The notes below the pieces were generated by a model, which saw only the letters and a list, made by a program, of their open reading frames with translations, was not told the origin of the DNA and did not search any database. 64,000 nucleotides of DNA from Callorhinchus milii (Eukaryota). The stretch spans positions 9,240,001 through 9,304,000 of the forward strand of contig NW_024704742.1 in NCBI RefSeq assembly GCF_018977255.1. Direction: 5' to 3'. Below, piece by piece: positions 1 through 13,358 of the stretch. The first letter of the stretch is position 1; every line of letters begins with the position of its first letter. The translations under genes were made by a program, and so were the position numbers.

Positions 1-293
1 GCTCCAGGTCCCCTGCACTTGCCGCCCCACCATTGGTGGTCAGGCATTCAGCATCGCCTCCACACTCTGGAACTCTATCCTGCAATCTCTCTGCCTCACC
101 CCCTCTCTTGCCTCCTTCAAGTCCTGTCTGAAGACCTTCCTGTTCAACCGTGCCTTCAGCCACCCTCCCACCCTCACTGCCCTACCCTCTTGACCCCAAC
201 TCCCAGCTCGGGTCAAAAAACCCTGATTGTCCAGTGCCCTGGTACTTCTTTCAGACGTGATGGATGCTATACAAGTGTAATTTGTTGTTGTCG
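1..293 (+). mobile_element. L2 3' fragment
   Basis: Similar to the 3' end of the 45.2-49.0 kb element; stem-loop and (GTT)n tail. Confidence 0.8.
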
Positions 294-930
294 TTGTGCA
301 GTGTTAAGGGTGACCGTCTCGATTGTGGAATGTTTTGTGCCCCCACCCCACTCCTCCATATTGTGCAATGACTTTCCAGACACTGTTCACGGTAACAATG
401 CTGCAGAAAAACACAGGTCTGTCTTTTGTGGGCAGTTCATAGCATTTAGTCGTTGTCTAAAAGGTTACAATCATTGTTTGAAATGTTAAAATGCACTGCG
501 CTTGAAAATTGTGTTTTATTATAACCTTTAGCAGAGCAGATGGGGTTGGGGGGAGAACATTTTTCCTCAGGGTGGGGGTGAATGATTCCGGTTGTGTACC
601 TTGTGAGCAGATTCCTTACTGTCCAATGCCTTGGGATGTCCTCCTGACATGAAAGTCGCTAAACTAATGTAATTTGTTGTTGTGTGGCATTTACAATGCT
701 GTAGTTGATTTTGTATTGGCTGCTGCATTGGTTACTCACTGATCCTTCCAAAGCAACACTATTTAGTGAAACAACAGAAAAACTATTTTAAAGCATGATT
801 TGGAAGAAATCCCATCTGATCTAGGTGAGCATGTATCGAATTTCAGTGTCCAGAATTTTTAACCAGTCTTAATTTTAAAGCTGGTTCTCTGTAAGTTTCT
901 TCTAAAAACTTCAGAAAACTGGCTTTGAAA

Positions 931-1247
931 TAATAATAATAATAATCCTTGCATTTGATACAGCACTTTTCACATCTTCTCAATGTCTCAAAACGCTTCA
1001 CATAATAGACTGTAAAGTGAATTGACCGCATATTTGTGGGCGAAACGCGGCAGCCAATTGCACACAGCAGTGTCCCACAAACAGTCGTGGATTGAAAATG
1101 ACCGATTTATTATTGTTTTGTTTTGGAGGGATTATTATTAGGTGTGTGGAGTAAGGAAACTTGCCCAAGGTTTCGCCCTGACTGGAAATGAACCCAGGTG
1201 TCTCGCTTGCCAGGCGAGTGCTCTAACCACTGAGCTACAGGGCTCCA
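931..1247 (-). mobile_element. tRNA-derived SINE, short variant
   Basis: A/B-box head near 1247, Deu-like TGCTGTGTGCAATTGGCTGCC, hairpin and (ATT)n tail. Confidence 0.9.
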
Positions 1248-1379
1248 GAAGTCTGAATTCACCAATTTACTACTATTCAGTGCGATTCATGTCAGGAGAA
1301 CGTCTCAAAGCACTTCGCAGGATATACTGTAAAGTGGACTGTTTTGTGGGTGAACATGGCAGCCAAATTGCACACAGTA

Positions 1380-1935
1380 ATAATACTAATAATCCTTGCA
1401 TTTGATATAGCACCTTATTACATCATCGACATGTCTCAAATCACTTCACAGGATATACTGTAAAGTGGATTGAAGTTGCATTTTGCGGGCAAGCAGTGTC
1501 CCAAAACAATCGTGGAATAAGTGACCAATTTTATTTGGAGGATTTGTTAGCCAGGAAACTGAGAGAAACTTCCTTCTCTTTTTGAATAGTGGAATATCCT
1601 ACAAGTTGTCAGTTTGCACACAGTGATGACTCACAAACAACCGTGGATTGAGTGACCAATTTTATTTGGGGGATTTGTTGGTCAGGAGACTGGGAGAAAT
1701 GCTCTGCTGTTTTTGAATAGAGCCATGAGATCTTTGGGATCTTTGACATCTATATGAACAGTCAAACAGGACCTTGGTTTAATATCTTACCTGAAGGACA
1801 GCACCTAAAACAATGCAGAACATCCCCAGCACTGCATTGGAGTGTCTGTGTTGACTCTATGCATTCCATGTCTCAATGTGGGGCTTTAACCCACAACCTT
1901 TTGGCTCAGAGGGGAGAGTGCCACCAACTGAGCTC
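1380..1935 (-). mobile_element. Deu-SINE (SacSINE1/AmnSINE1-like) with an internally duplicated Deu segment
   Basis: Reverse strand reads GCTCAGTTGGTGGCACTCTC...GGTGCTGTCCTTCAG...TTAAACCAAGG. The segment near 1495-1590 recurs, diverged, near 1628-1720. Confidence 0.75.
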
Positions 1936-2611
1936 ACTGAAAAGTTGTTATAAAATCTGAATTTGGAAATTTAGGTTTCAGACTGTGATTTATGGTCATA
2001 TGAAATTACCCCTGTACCAGTGAAAGGCGCTAAACAAATATAATTTTGTATTGTATTATATTTTACACACTCCAAAAACACTGAAGGCAGTTCATTTGTT
2101 TACTCTTAGTGTTTTGTACAAGTTTGTTGCAAGTCCAGTGGTAATTTATTGGTAAGTACCTAAAATTATCAAGGGTGCAAAGCCTTCCTGCTTCACTGTG
2201 CTTCATTTCCACCTCATTTATTCTCTCTGTATTTCACACTTTAAATAAGTTTACAAGATAATTTGGTTTCCTCACGAAGTTGCAGGTGAATTATTCATTG
2301 AAATATTGCTGATGGTTTGCATATAGGAGTTCTCCCGACAATGTTGGTGCAATTTACTGAAAGAAAATAAATCATTTAATAAAACCAAAGCTTAACAGTA
2401 ACTGGAAAATTTCTAATTACTGACTAACCCATGAGAATATTTAATAAGATTTAAAATGATATTTTGCACACACAATTAAACTTCTCTGCTCATATTTAAC
2501 ATCAGGGTCTAATTTGCAGTGATTTCTCAATGGGTTTGTTCATGTGAGACTTAAGTAGTGACCCCTGATGTTAACTGGAGGTGCATTGTTCTAACTTTGG
2601 AGAGTAAATAT

Positions 2612-3050
2612 AATATTAATTCTTGCATTTGATATAGCACCTTATTTTGCAGTGACATCTCAAAGTGCTTCATAGGCTTCACTCTCAAGTGAAGTTGACT
2701 TTGTATTTATAATAATATTAATAATCCTTGCATTTGATATAGCGCCTTGGCAATTGGCACAAGGCAAAGTCTCACAAAGAGTCAAGAAGTGAATGACCAG
2801 TTTTATTTGGCAGTTGGTTGGCCAGGAAACCAAAAGAAAATCCCATTTCTTTTCGAATTGTGCCACAGGATCTTTAACGTCCACCTGAACCAGCAGACAG
2901 GGCCTCGGTTTAAGGTTTCACCCAAAAGGATCAACCTCCGATAATGCAGCACTCACCCAGAATGATATAGGGGTGACAGCCTGGACTGTGAGTTCAAAAT
3001 TCCACCATGTACCATGACCTGCAAACTGAGAGAGCTACCAACTGAGCCAG
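2612..3050 (-). mobile_element. Deu-SINE (SacSINE1-like)
   Basis: Reverse strand TTAAACCGAGGCCCTGTCTGC...GGTGGACGTTAAAGATCC; tRNA-like head near 3048. Confidence 0.75.
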
Positions 3051-3594
3051 GTTTTCTTCCAGGAGATGAGAGAAATCCACTGATAACTAAGAGTAAGTTA
3101 GTCTAGTCAAATGGCCTCCTATTTTTCCAGCAATATCAGGTACTCGCCAGCAATTTTAAACCAAATTGACCAACGTTATTTTTGATCAAGGTCAACACCT
3201 AGAAAGGAATTAGTGGCTTGACTATCCAGTCTGCTTGTCTCCAGCCTGGTCCATCAAGAAAATACGAAAAGCACGGTGTCTGAGGGGGTTTCAGCACACC
3301 AAGGTGTCGAGTCAACGATATTATGCATCTAGATTCTACATATTTATGCATTCATTAACCTGAGAGTTATGGCATGCAATTGATGGACTCCAGCAAATGG
3401 TACAGAGTGGCATTGTGCCAGAGATGAAGAATTTTGGCTGAGGATGTGTCAGTTGTGAAAATCACTTTGCCAGAGTTGTTAAAACATCAGATCAATATCT
3501 CCCACAGAAGCAAGTTTGCTGTGTGTGCACACTGTCATAGCTGCTGTATTTCCGTTGGGAAATCATAATTTTAAGAATCAAAATCTATCATATT

Positions 3595-3872
3595 GTGGAG
3601 TCCTGTAACTCAGGGGTTAGATCACTCCCAATTACAAGCGAGGACCTGGGTTTGATTCCCAGAGGGAGAAGGTTTTCTTACTCCACAAGCCTCTATTTAC
3701 CTAGTAGTCAATAGGAACCTGGTTTTAGTTGATTGGTGGATCGCTTTTCTGGGGATAATAATTCTTTTAAAAAAATGGTCACTCAATCCACGACTGTTTG
3801 TGGGACACTGCTGTGCGCAATTGGCTGCCGCATTTCGCCCACAAAATATACAGTTGACTTTACAGCATATTC
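3595..3872 (+). mobile_element. tRNA-CORE-Deu SINE, 3' truncated
   Basis: GTGGAGTCCTGTA head plus CORE-like and Deu-like blocks. Confidence 0.85.
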
Positions 3873-3929
3873 AGATTATTATAACTTGCCATTGTGATTA
3901 AATTGCTATTAGAAAGTAAATCCAGAATA

Positions 3930-4190
3930 CTATTTTAGGGATGCCCAAGACAGTAGAACAAGAGGATATAGGTTTAGAGTTGCAAAGGGTAATTTCAGGA
4001 AAGAAACCAGGAAGTGTTTCTTTAACCATAGCTTGATTACAGACTGCAACAGGTTGTAAGGATGGGTGGTTGAAGCCAGTACATTGGGCTCATTTTAATA
4101 GAAAGTTTGATACTGTGATGCAAACACAATGAGGTGCGAATTGAGGAAGGATGAGATCAAAAGGGTCGAAGAGCTTACTTCATCTTGGGA
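3930..4190 (+). mobile_element. CR1 LINE 3' fragment, degraded
   Basis: Remnant of the TRG-x-x-L...FR...FF C-terminus; similar to 30720-31080. Confidence 0.55.
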
Positions 4191-4807
4191 CCTAACGAAC
4201 GGTATATGAACAAATCCATTAAAGGTGGTGACCTACATCATTGGGACTAAGCTCCCTGCAATTCTCCATCGAATGAAATAATAATTATTACATTGTTAGC
4301 GTTTTGCAAATACCTCGAAAATAATGGAAATTGAAGAAAACATTTTTAAGACATATTTTATAAAAACACACACCAAATTCCATAGTGATTTGGGCATAAA
4401 ATGCCAAAACATTACTAGAGTTGAATCTAGGTCTGCCTTCTTGATTTTACCTGAGAGTGATGGGGGTTTGGAGCTCACGCCAAATTTGCCTGGTTCGAGA
4501 GGCTTCTCTGCATGTTATCAATTTTCAACGACCTGGCCAGAAAGCATCCATTCAGAAATATTTGGTCAGCGGCAGAAATTAGCCACTTATTTTGAACCAA
4601 AAAACCTCAAAGATGTGCTCCCCAGCAGTGTGAGCCCAGATTCCAGCGATGGAATCCCCATCTCTCTGTCACATCATCTCATCCATGTTTTCTCTGGATT
4701 CACTTGTGGAAGCCTCATGAGCAATGGTATCAGTTGTGTGCATAATACTCCTACATACAGGTTTGACATTAGTGCACACAATCCCTGGCTGGAGATGGGA
4801 AATATTA

Positions 4808-4988
4808 GCGATAGCTTTTCCGGGGGTAATAATCCCTTAAAAAAATAATAATTTGGTCACTCAATTCACGACTGTTTGCGGGACACTGCTGTGCGCAGTT
4901 GGCTGCTGTGTTTTGCTCACAAAATATACAGTGAATTCACTTTACAGTATGTTCTGTGAAATGCTTTGAAAAGTCTTGAAGACGTGAA
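4808..4988 (+). mobile_element. SINE 3' half
   Basis: GCTTTTCCGGGGGTAATAATCC, Deu block and hairpin. Confidence 0.85.
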
Positions 4989-5365
4989 TGACTTGACTCA
5001 GTCATAAATTGCATTCTTCTGTGGCTGAAGGAGAATACTCTTGAAAAAACAACAGTCAGCACTAGAAGCTCACTCAGACCCAACTATGCTAATAAATACA
5101 AAGACTGCTTAATGTATGTTCTGGTCTAATATGAAGAAACTGTTATTGATTGCTTTTCTTAATAAGGAAACCAAAAGAGAACTCTTCCTGTTAACTTATT
5201 TGTCATTTATGGGATCTCTGCTAGGAATATAGGTGAGTTCCCACAAGTCTGCTTCTGGTTTCCTTGAAAGAATTGGAAATAGTTGCATATTTAGGAATAT
5301 TAATGTGGATCAGAGACTCAAAACACTGGGTTATGGATAATGACACCCTTTTCCTTGATGTTAAT

Positions 5366-5540
5366 AATAAATTGGTCACTTCAATCCACGACTGTTTGTG
5401 GGACGCTGCTGTGTGCAATTGGCTGCCGCATTTCATCCACTAAATATACCGTCTGTTCACTTTACCGTATATTGTGTGAAGTGCTTAGAGACGTCTCGAA
5501 GAAGTGATAAAGCACTATATCAAATGCAAGGATTATTACC
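5366..5540 (+). mobile_element. SINE 3' half
   Basis: Deu block and CAAATGCAAGGATTATT tail. Confidence 0.85.
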
Positions 5541-5769
5541 ATTATCTTCAATTTTAAGATTTCATTAAACTACTTCTGGAATGAAGTGCTGCCTTGCATC
5601 TGGCTGCCAATATTCTAGTGAACAAAAGCCTAAATATGTTAAAAAACGATAACCTATTCAGACTGTATCCAGTTGTTAAAAATACCATGTATGGATGTGA
5701 ACTATTCTCTAATCTCCAGAAGCTCAAAATTCGATCTATAAGACTATTTTGCACTAAAAAATATAAAAA

Positions 5770-6300
5770 TTGCACAGAATTCATAGAATCATAGAATTAC
5801 ACAGCATAGAAGTAGGCAATTGGGCCCATCGTGTCTGTGCCGGCTCTTTGAAAAGAGCTATCCAATTCAATCCCACTCCCCCGCTCTTTCCCCATAGCCC
5901 TACTTGTCCTCCCCAAATAATTATCTACTTCTCTCTTAAAAGTTGTTATCGAATCGGCTTCCATCACCCTTTCAGGCAATGCATTCCAGATCCGAACAAC
6001 TCACTGTGTGAAAAAATTTCTCCTCACCTCCCCTCTGCTTCTTTTACCAACTATTTTAAATCAGTGCCCTTGCCTTACTGACCCACCCGCCAGTGGAAAT
6101 AGTTTCTGCTTGTTCACACTATCGAATCCCCTCATCATTTTGAAAACTTCTAGTAAGTCTCCTCTTAACCATCTCTGCTCCAAGGAGAATAATCCTAGCT
6201 TCTCTAGCCTCTCCTGATAACTGAAATTTCTCATTCCTGGTACCAAACTGGTAAATCTCCTTTGCACCCTCTCCAGTGCCTTGACATCCTTCCTAAAATG
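5770..6300 (-). mobile_element. CR1 LINE 3' fragment
   Basis: Translates YQERLEKLGLFSLEQRWLRGDLLEVFKMMRG; (ATTCTATG)n-type tail near 5775-5797. Confidence 0.9.
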
Positions 6301-6429
6301 TGATGCTCAAGTTCTTAAATCCAATCACAGTTTGGAAGCCGGTTCCTTATAGAAGCTGTGCAAAACCAGCTTCAAAAATAATATTTTTTAAAAAACCTTA
6401 CAATGATCTTACATCTGTCTCATATTGTC

Positions 6430-6625
6430 CAGCATCATACTGCAGTGCAGTGCTGCATTGTCAGAGGTGCTGTCCTTCAGATGAAATGTTAAACCGAGGC
6501 CTTATCTGTCTCTTCATGTGGATGTTAAGGATCCTATGGAACTATTCGAAAAGAAGAAGGGAGTTTCTTATGTTACCCTGGCCAACAATCCCACAGATTA
6601 AATTGGTCACTCACTTCATGGCTAT
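6430..6625 (+). mobile_element. Deu-SINE fragment
   Basis: GCATTGTCAGAGGTGCTGTCCTTCAGATGAAATGTTAAACCGAGGCC. Confidence 0.75.
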
Positions 6626-6874
6626 TTTTACCAAAGTGAGACGTGTATTTTTCTTACTGATCATTCTCTGTGGGGTGACTGTACTTATATCTCTGACTTT
6701 CTCAGAACTTCCTGATAACCTGTTCTAGTCATTAATTACACACTTGGTAAAGACATAATTCCTAATGTCTGTCCTGAAATTGCCATTTACAACCCTAAAT
6801 CTTTGACCCTCTACTATCTCAATGCATCTAAAACTGTTGTTTAATTTTTATATACTTCAATAAGATCCCCTTGT

Positions 6875-7210
6875 TCAGCAAGCAAGAACCCGGGTTGAAT
6901 TCCCTGGCAGGGCAAAACTTTAAGCAAGTTTGCTTACTGCGCACACCTCTGTTTACCTAGCAATAAATAGGAACTTGGTTATTAATCGATTGTCGGATTG
7001 CTTTCTGGGGGTAATAATCCCCTAAAAAAAATTGGTGAATCAATCCACGACTGTTTGTGGGGTATTCCTGTGTGCAATTGGCTGCCGTGTTTCTCCCCGA
7101 AAGCACACAGTCATTACACTTTGCAAAATATTCTGTGAAGCGCTTTGAGAAGTCTCGACGACGTGATAAGGCGCTATATCAAATGCAAGGATTATTATAT
7201 TATTATTATT
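6875..7210 (+). mobile_element. tRNA-CORE-Deu SINE, 5' clipped
   Basis: B box, CORE-like, Deu-like and tail modules. Confidence 0.85.
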
Positions 7211-7937
7211 AATGCCTGTGAGTCTATCAAGACAAAATTACAAATGTACATTTTTAAAGCCGTATGTATTGAAGCGAGAATTCAAAGTTTTCTGCATTGT
7301 GGAACTGCAGTCGGTGCTGACCTGTCCATTACATATCGGTAAGCACGTGCACTTGATAGAGCGGGGTTTCCGGAGGTCACGTCATGCATGTCACCCCATG
7401 GCTCACACTCCATTAAATACGTGATGTCTGAACATGTAGAGCAATGTTACTTCCCCAACCCAGAACAAAAGTAAGGAGATAATCTATCTGGAAAGCCTGG
7501 AGGCCCCTGTGGAATGCAGTCATCCTGCAGTGATTTACAGCAGCTGTTTCTGTGCTGTAAAACCTGGCAGCTGCTCGCAGTGTTTCCAAACAGTGTATTC
7601 TCAGGGCTCATCAGATAGAAGCAAGAATTATGGGCTCATATACAATCCAGAAAGCAACTGAAACTGATCACTCGTCTTTGAAGTTGAGCCTTCTTGTGAT
7701 TTTAGAGCACAATTGTTTTGCCTGTCGGACGGGATCTTGAAAGCTGCTGGAAATGTTGAGTTTTACAAATGGAATTTCATTCAGAGGTTTGTGGGAATCA
7801 CCGGCTTTGACGTACAAGAGGTTGCTGAATCCAGTCTGTGTGCTTTATTTGGTCTTGAATATATGAGGCATTTGAATAGGTTAGAATTTGTACATTTCTC
7901 TGAACTCTTGTCAATGTTGTTAACCTTTAAACCTTAT

Positions 7938-8254
7938 AATAATAATCCTTGCATTTGATATAGCGCTTTTCACGTCGGGAGGACGTCCCAAAGCGCTTCA
8001 CAGAACACACTGTAAGGTGAATTGACTATATATTTGTGGGCGAACGCGGCAGCCAATTGCGCACAGCAATGTCCCACAAACAGTCGTAGATTGAAAATGA
8101 CCAATTTATTATTGTTTTTGGTTTTGGAGGGATTATTGTTAGGCTCTGTGTGGAGTAAGGAAACTTGCCCAAGGTTTCGCCCTCTGCCTGGAATTGAACT
8201 CAGGTCTCTCGCTTGCAAAGCGAATGCTCTAACCACTGAGCTACAGGACTCCAC
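7938..8254 (-). mobile_element. tRNA-derived SINE, young short subfamily with L2-type hairpin
   Basis: Near-identical reverse complement of 15940-16262. Confidence 0.93.
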
Positions 8255-8899
8255 CTTCTCACATTTGTCATATTATTAATGCTGCTTTCTTTTAAAGCTG
8301 CTGCGGTTACTAATCACCGTTGCACCAATCTGTCTGGCTGTTTTTTATCGTCTCCCAAAATTGGTCACGTATTTCACGGCTGTTTGTGAGGCATTCCCGC
8401 ATATAAATTGATCGCCACGATTCTCTACAAATACACATGATCAATTTTACAAATGCTCAAGCAAAAAATTCAATGGCTCCTCCTAACTGAATACTGCATA
8501 TGATCAAATTGGGCCAAAAAAACAGGGAGTTACAACCTGGATTCACTGATGACTTGTAAATAATGTCCAGTAACAGGCCATGAGTGTACGTCAGAGTGGA
8601 AGTCCCATGGGATGCCTTATCCTGTTACCTTTAGGGTTCAACATTCTGGATCATTTACAAATTGAGGTTGTGAATGAAAGATTTGCTAACCACAGTGTGT
8701 CAGTCAGTGCATCTGCAATTTGATCACAAGATTGGTTCGTCTGGCTCATCTGATTTCATCCCTCCAGAACATCTATCGTGAGTGAACCTCTTAAAGTAAG
8801 AACTGTTGATGTGTTAGCCTTAAGCTTTGGTCCTGGACTTGGGTATAGGGAGTACAACTTCCAAGTTTGCAGATGAAGTAAATAGTGTAGTAGTAGTAG

Positions 8900-9762
8900 C
8901 AGACTACAAGTTGACATAGACAGACTGGTAAAATGGGCCGACACGTGGCAGATGAAGTTTAATGTGGAGAAATGCGAAGTGATGCATTTGGGGAGGAAGA
9001 ATGAGAAGAGGCCATATAATGATGGTACAATCTTAAAGGGGGGAAGGAACAGAGAGACCTGGGGGTCATATAAGTAAATCTTTGAAGGTGGCAGTACAGG
9101 TAGATAAAGCTGTTAAAAAAGCACACAGGATACCAGGCTTTATAAATAGGGGCACAGAATACAAAAGTCAGGAAGTTATGATAAACCTTTATAAAACATT
9201 GGTTAGACCTCAGCTAGAGACTGTGTTCAGTTCTGGGCACCACACTTTGGGAAGGATGTCAAGGCATTGGAGAGGGAGCAAAGGAGATTTACCGGGATGG
9301 TACCAGGAATGAGGGATTTCAGTTATCAGCAGAGGCTAGAGAAGCCAGGATTATTCTCCTTGGAGCAGAAGAAGATTAAGAGGAGACTTGATAGAAGTTT
9401 TCAAAATTATGAGGAGATTTGATAGGGTGAACAAGGAGAAACTATTTCCACTGGCGCATAGGTTGGTAACACGAGGACTGATTTAAAATGGTTGTAAAAA
9501 GAAACAGAGGGGAGGTGAGGAGAAATTTTCCACACAGTGAGTTGTTCGGAACTGGAATGAATTGCTTGAAAGGGTGGTGGAAGCCGATTCGATAACAACT
9601 TTTAAGAGAAAAGTAGATAATTATTTGGGGAGGACAAGTTTGCAGGGCTATGAGGAGAGAGCGGGGGAGTGGGATTGAATTGGATAGCTCTTTTCAAAGA
9701 TCGGCACAGACACGATGGGCCAAATGGTCTCCTTCTGTGCTGTTTAATTCGATGATTCTATG
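8900..9762 (+). mobile_element. CR1 LINE 3' fragment
   Basis: WADTWQMKFNVEKCEVMH, YKSQEVMINLYKTLVRPQLE; ATTCTATG tail. Confidence 0.9.
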
Positions 9763-9797
9763 ATGCATAACCATCCAACACTGGAACCAACGGATGA

Positions 9798-10125
9798 TAA
9801 TAATAATAATCCTTGCATTTGATATAGTGCCTTATCGCATCACATCTTTGAGACGCCTCACAGCACTTCACAGAATATACTGTAAAGTGAATTGACTGTA
9901 TATTTTGTGAGCGAAATGCAGCAGCCAATTGCAACCAGCAGTGTCCCACAAACAGTCGTGGATTGAGTGACCAATTTTTTTTAACGAATTATTACCCCTG
10001 GAAAAGCGATCCATCAATCGACTAACAACCAGATTCCTACTTACTACTAGGTAAACAGAGACGTGTAGAGTAAGGAAACTCCCTGCCAGGAATCAAACCC
10101 AGGTCTCTCGCTACAAGACTCTACA
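9798..10125 (-). mobile_element. tRNA-CORE-Deu SINE
   Basis: All modules present; head partly deleted. Confidence 0.85.
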
Positions 10126-10736
10126 TTGTAAAATTTACAGGATAGAATGCACTGAAAAGATACGGTGTGTAAATGAAGATGGACGAGCATTTTGTTTTGC
10201 ATTATCTTAACTTGGCACAGATAGCCATTGTTACTATGCAGGTAGACGGGATGCCTGCTGTCATATATACATCACGGCAGCTAAGTAGGCAATGAACACA
10301 GACATGTGCCTGACCTTTCTGCAATGGATAATGCTGTACTCCTCTCTAGAGGTTTATTTTCAGTCAGTGGCATTTTGCTGATTGCCCCAAGTATGAGGGA
10401 AAAAAAATACGTAGGTTATAGAGGAAGTCATTATCTGTTGAGAAAAAGTTCAACCTGCACGAACAGTTTTTTAAAACCTATTGTGTTTAAGATGTATTAA
10501 CGTAAATGAAAGGCGTAAAGGAGATATTTGGGTGTGGAGAGACAAAAGAGCCCCACACCTTTGCTTTCATTACAGTTGGATTGAAAATACAATGCTCACT
10601 AAGAGCTACTGACACCTGCAAATACTGTCGTAACTCTCACCAGTGAGTGAGTGGATGTGCGTCACCAGACATGTAGCCCGTGAGCACAGAATTCCTTTGC
10701 TCAGCATGACAGACCTCTAGTCACTCTTGAGTCACT

Positions 10737-10935
10737 ATAATAATTATAATAATAATAATCCTTGCATTTGATATAGCACCTTAACAAGTCTTCGAGACAT
10801 CTCAAAGCATTTCACAGAATAGACTGTAAAGTTTATTGACTGTATGTTTTGTGGGCGAAACACGGCAGCCAATTGCGCACAACAGCGTCCCACAAACAGT
10901 CGTGGATCGAGTGAGCAAATTATTATTATTTTACT
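10737..10935 (-). mobile_element. SINE 3' half
   Basis: Tail, hairpin and Deu block. Confidence 0.85.
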
Positions 10936-11649
10936 CATTTTGGGGTGGCGTGGGAGGGCCAGAGACGGAGGGAGGAAAAAAAGAGGCTCTTTCTAAATTT
11001 TGGTTGCTAATTTACTACTAGTAAATCCGGGAGGCAAATAGAGAACTGCATTTTCACCCGCTATAACAGTGAGATGAGCCACAGCTATGTCCCACAAACA
11101 GCTATGGAGTGAATGACCAATTTTATAAGAATAATAATCCTTGCATTGATATAGCACCTTATCACATCGTTGAGAGGCCTCAAAGCGCTTCACAAGATAT
11201 AAAGTATTGTGAAGTGATTGACTGTGTATTTTGTGTATTACCTGTTGGCCAGAACACCAAGAGAACCCCCACCCCTTCATTCCAGAGCTTTTCTGTAGAA
11301 AGTTGTAGTTTATTTATAGTCATCTTGAAGCTTACTATCCAGATCTTTATCTGCATTCACGCTCCATTATTCTTAGCATGTGATCTCACACCAGATGCAG
11401 GCTCTTCCCTGTTGCTCACGACTGCTGTGGGCAGCAGGGGACACAGAACCGAATCCTGCACAGTTCCAGCTCTCGCTGTCCTACAGTCAAATACCTGCTC
11501 ATTTGTCATCACCTTCTGTTTCCCCCAAGTAAACTTACCCTTCATTCCATCAGCATTTGTTTCAAAAGTCCTCACATGCAGATTTTCAAATTCTACAACA
11601 AAAGAAGCATTGAGTTGTGTCCGCTGGATTCGTTTGTCATAGAATCATC

Positions 11650-11920
11650 ATAATAATAATAATCCTTGCATTCGATATATAGCGTCTTATCATGTCTTCG
11701 AGACGTCTCAAAGCGCTTCACAAAATATACTGTAAAATGGATTGACTGTATATTTTGTGGGCAAAACGCGGCAGCCAATTTACCCACAGCAGTGTCCCAC
11801 AAACAGTGAATGACCAATTTTATTTGGGGGATTGTTAGCCTGGACACCAAGAGAAACTCTCTTCACTTTCAAATATTGCCATGGGACCTTTAACATTCCC
11901 CTGAACAGGCCGATGGGTAC
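11650..11920 (-). mobile_element. Deu-SINE 3' part
   Basis: Tail and Deu block followed by a SacSINE1-like GCCATGGGA..CTTTAAC..CCTGAACAGGC segment. Confidence 0.75.
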
Positions 11921-12079
11921 TGTGGGGTGTGAGACAACACCAGCTTGGTAACTTCTTGTAGCTTCTGTGCATTTCAGATTAACCGAGGTAGAACGCTACG
12001 ACAACAACAGCTTACATTTATATAGTATCCTTCATGTAGATTAACATCTTGATGAGGTGCTTACACATGCTAACGGTAC

Positions 12080-12282
12080 CAGGAGCGGATTGGGGATATG
12101 AGAAATCGGGAAATTTCACGAGTGCCTGAAGAATGGCTCCCGATGCTCATCTTCATGCGCAACCGAGTTCAGAAGTTCCATTTAAACCGGACAAAGTTTT
12201 TAAATGCACAGATGTTTCAGGCTTTTTAGTGCCCCCCAATGAATTAGTGCCTCCATTTTACATCACAATCCCAAGCCCTCTC
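12080..12282. mobile_element. Possible hAT-type MITE relic
   Basis: Starts CAGGAGCGGATTG...AAATCGGGAAATTTC and has a degenerate CAATCC...CCCT end; resembles hAT termini from memory. Confidence 0.3.
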
Positions 12283-12414
12283 AGGAAGGAAATCCACCAC
12301 TGAATCTCACACAGTCTAATGTCAAGTCATTTCAAACCAATTGAGACAGAAACCTACTGACAGCAATGGGAACATTCAGAACGAAACAAGTTAGCCACTG
12401 AGGCATCCAAAAGA

Positions 12415-12720
12415 GAATTTAAAAGAATCTACACAGAGTAGCAAAACTGTGGAACTCGCTGCCAGAATTGGTGTTTGAATCAGATAGTATATATTATGCA
12501 TTCAAGAGAAACCTAGACCTTTACATAGGGGTAGTGTAATGCTGTGTGCAATTGGCAAATGCAAGGATTATTATTATTAGTAGTAGTAGTAGTATTATTA
12601 TAAGAGGGGAACAGAAGGTTCTGGTTTGAAGTGAGACGGGGTGGAGACTCGTGTAGAATATAAACATCCTGCATGGACTGGTTAAGCTGGCTGGTTGACT
12701 GTTTGTGTGCGGTAAAGTCT
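12415..12720 (+). mobile_element. CR1 3' relic interrupted by a SINE tail fragment (12539-12600)
   Basis: QRVAKLWNSLP..VFESDS remnant and a CR1-like 3' UTR. Confidence 0.55.
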
Positions 12721-13223
12721 TTTTAAATCTTTGTAAAGGTGTTCTTGTGCAGTGATTGTATTTTATAGGTGGACATGTAAAGTTTGTAAAGTTCTTAAAG
12801 AAGGGGCAGCCCTTACATCAATATCGATTCCAATCTCAAAACTAATAACACTAATTGATGATGTTATAGAATCAGAAAGAGGATTTGGTAAGTTTGTATT
12901 ACATCTCTTAAACTAACCAAATAACCAGCAGAAAGTAAACATTCAGCCAGACAGCATTCTCAGTATTGATGGAGCTGATATACGTTTAAAGTTAAGTGAT
13001 GCTTCATTGGTCCCCATAACAACAAGGATACTTTGCATTCAGCCTCAATATTTCTCAAACCTCTTGTTGTTCATTTCAAGTTTCGCCCACAAATACACAC
13101 TTTGCAGTATATCGTATCAAGCACTTTGAGACGTCTCGACGACACGATAAGGCACTATATCAAATGCAAGGATTATTATTTATTTTAAAAGAACTTAGGG
13201 ACAACAGAACACGTTTTTAATGA

Positions 13224-13358
13224 AGCTCAAAATACTGCAGATGCTGGAAATCCAGTTCTGGCGAAGGGTCGTGGACCGAAACGTTGACTCACTTTCCTTT
13301 CTACATAGATGCTGTCTGACCTGCTGAGTGTTCCCAGCGACTTCTCTTTTTGTTTCAG
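13224..13358 (+). mobile_element. Small non-autonomous Penelope-like/retrozyme-like element with hammerhead motif, copy 1
   Basis: Flanked by a perfect 11-bp direct repeat GTTTTTAATGA (13213-13223 and 13359-13369). Homologous to 51831-52002. Confidence 0.75.
13254..13289 (+). ncRNA. Minimal type-I hammerhead ribozyme motif, degenerate
   Basis: Layout: AGTT, core CTGGCGA (canonical CTGANGA), AG, stem II GGTC-GTG-GACC, GAAAC GTT, then GACT pairing with AGTT. Confidence 0.6.

Noticed and set aside
4324..4848. 174-aa ORF
   Set aside because: No recognisable domain, and it runs into a SINE; likely a chance ORF.
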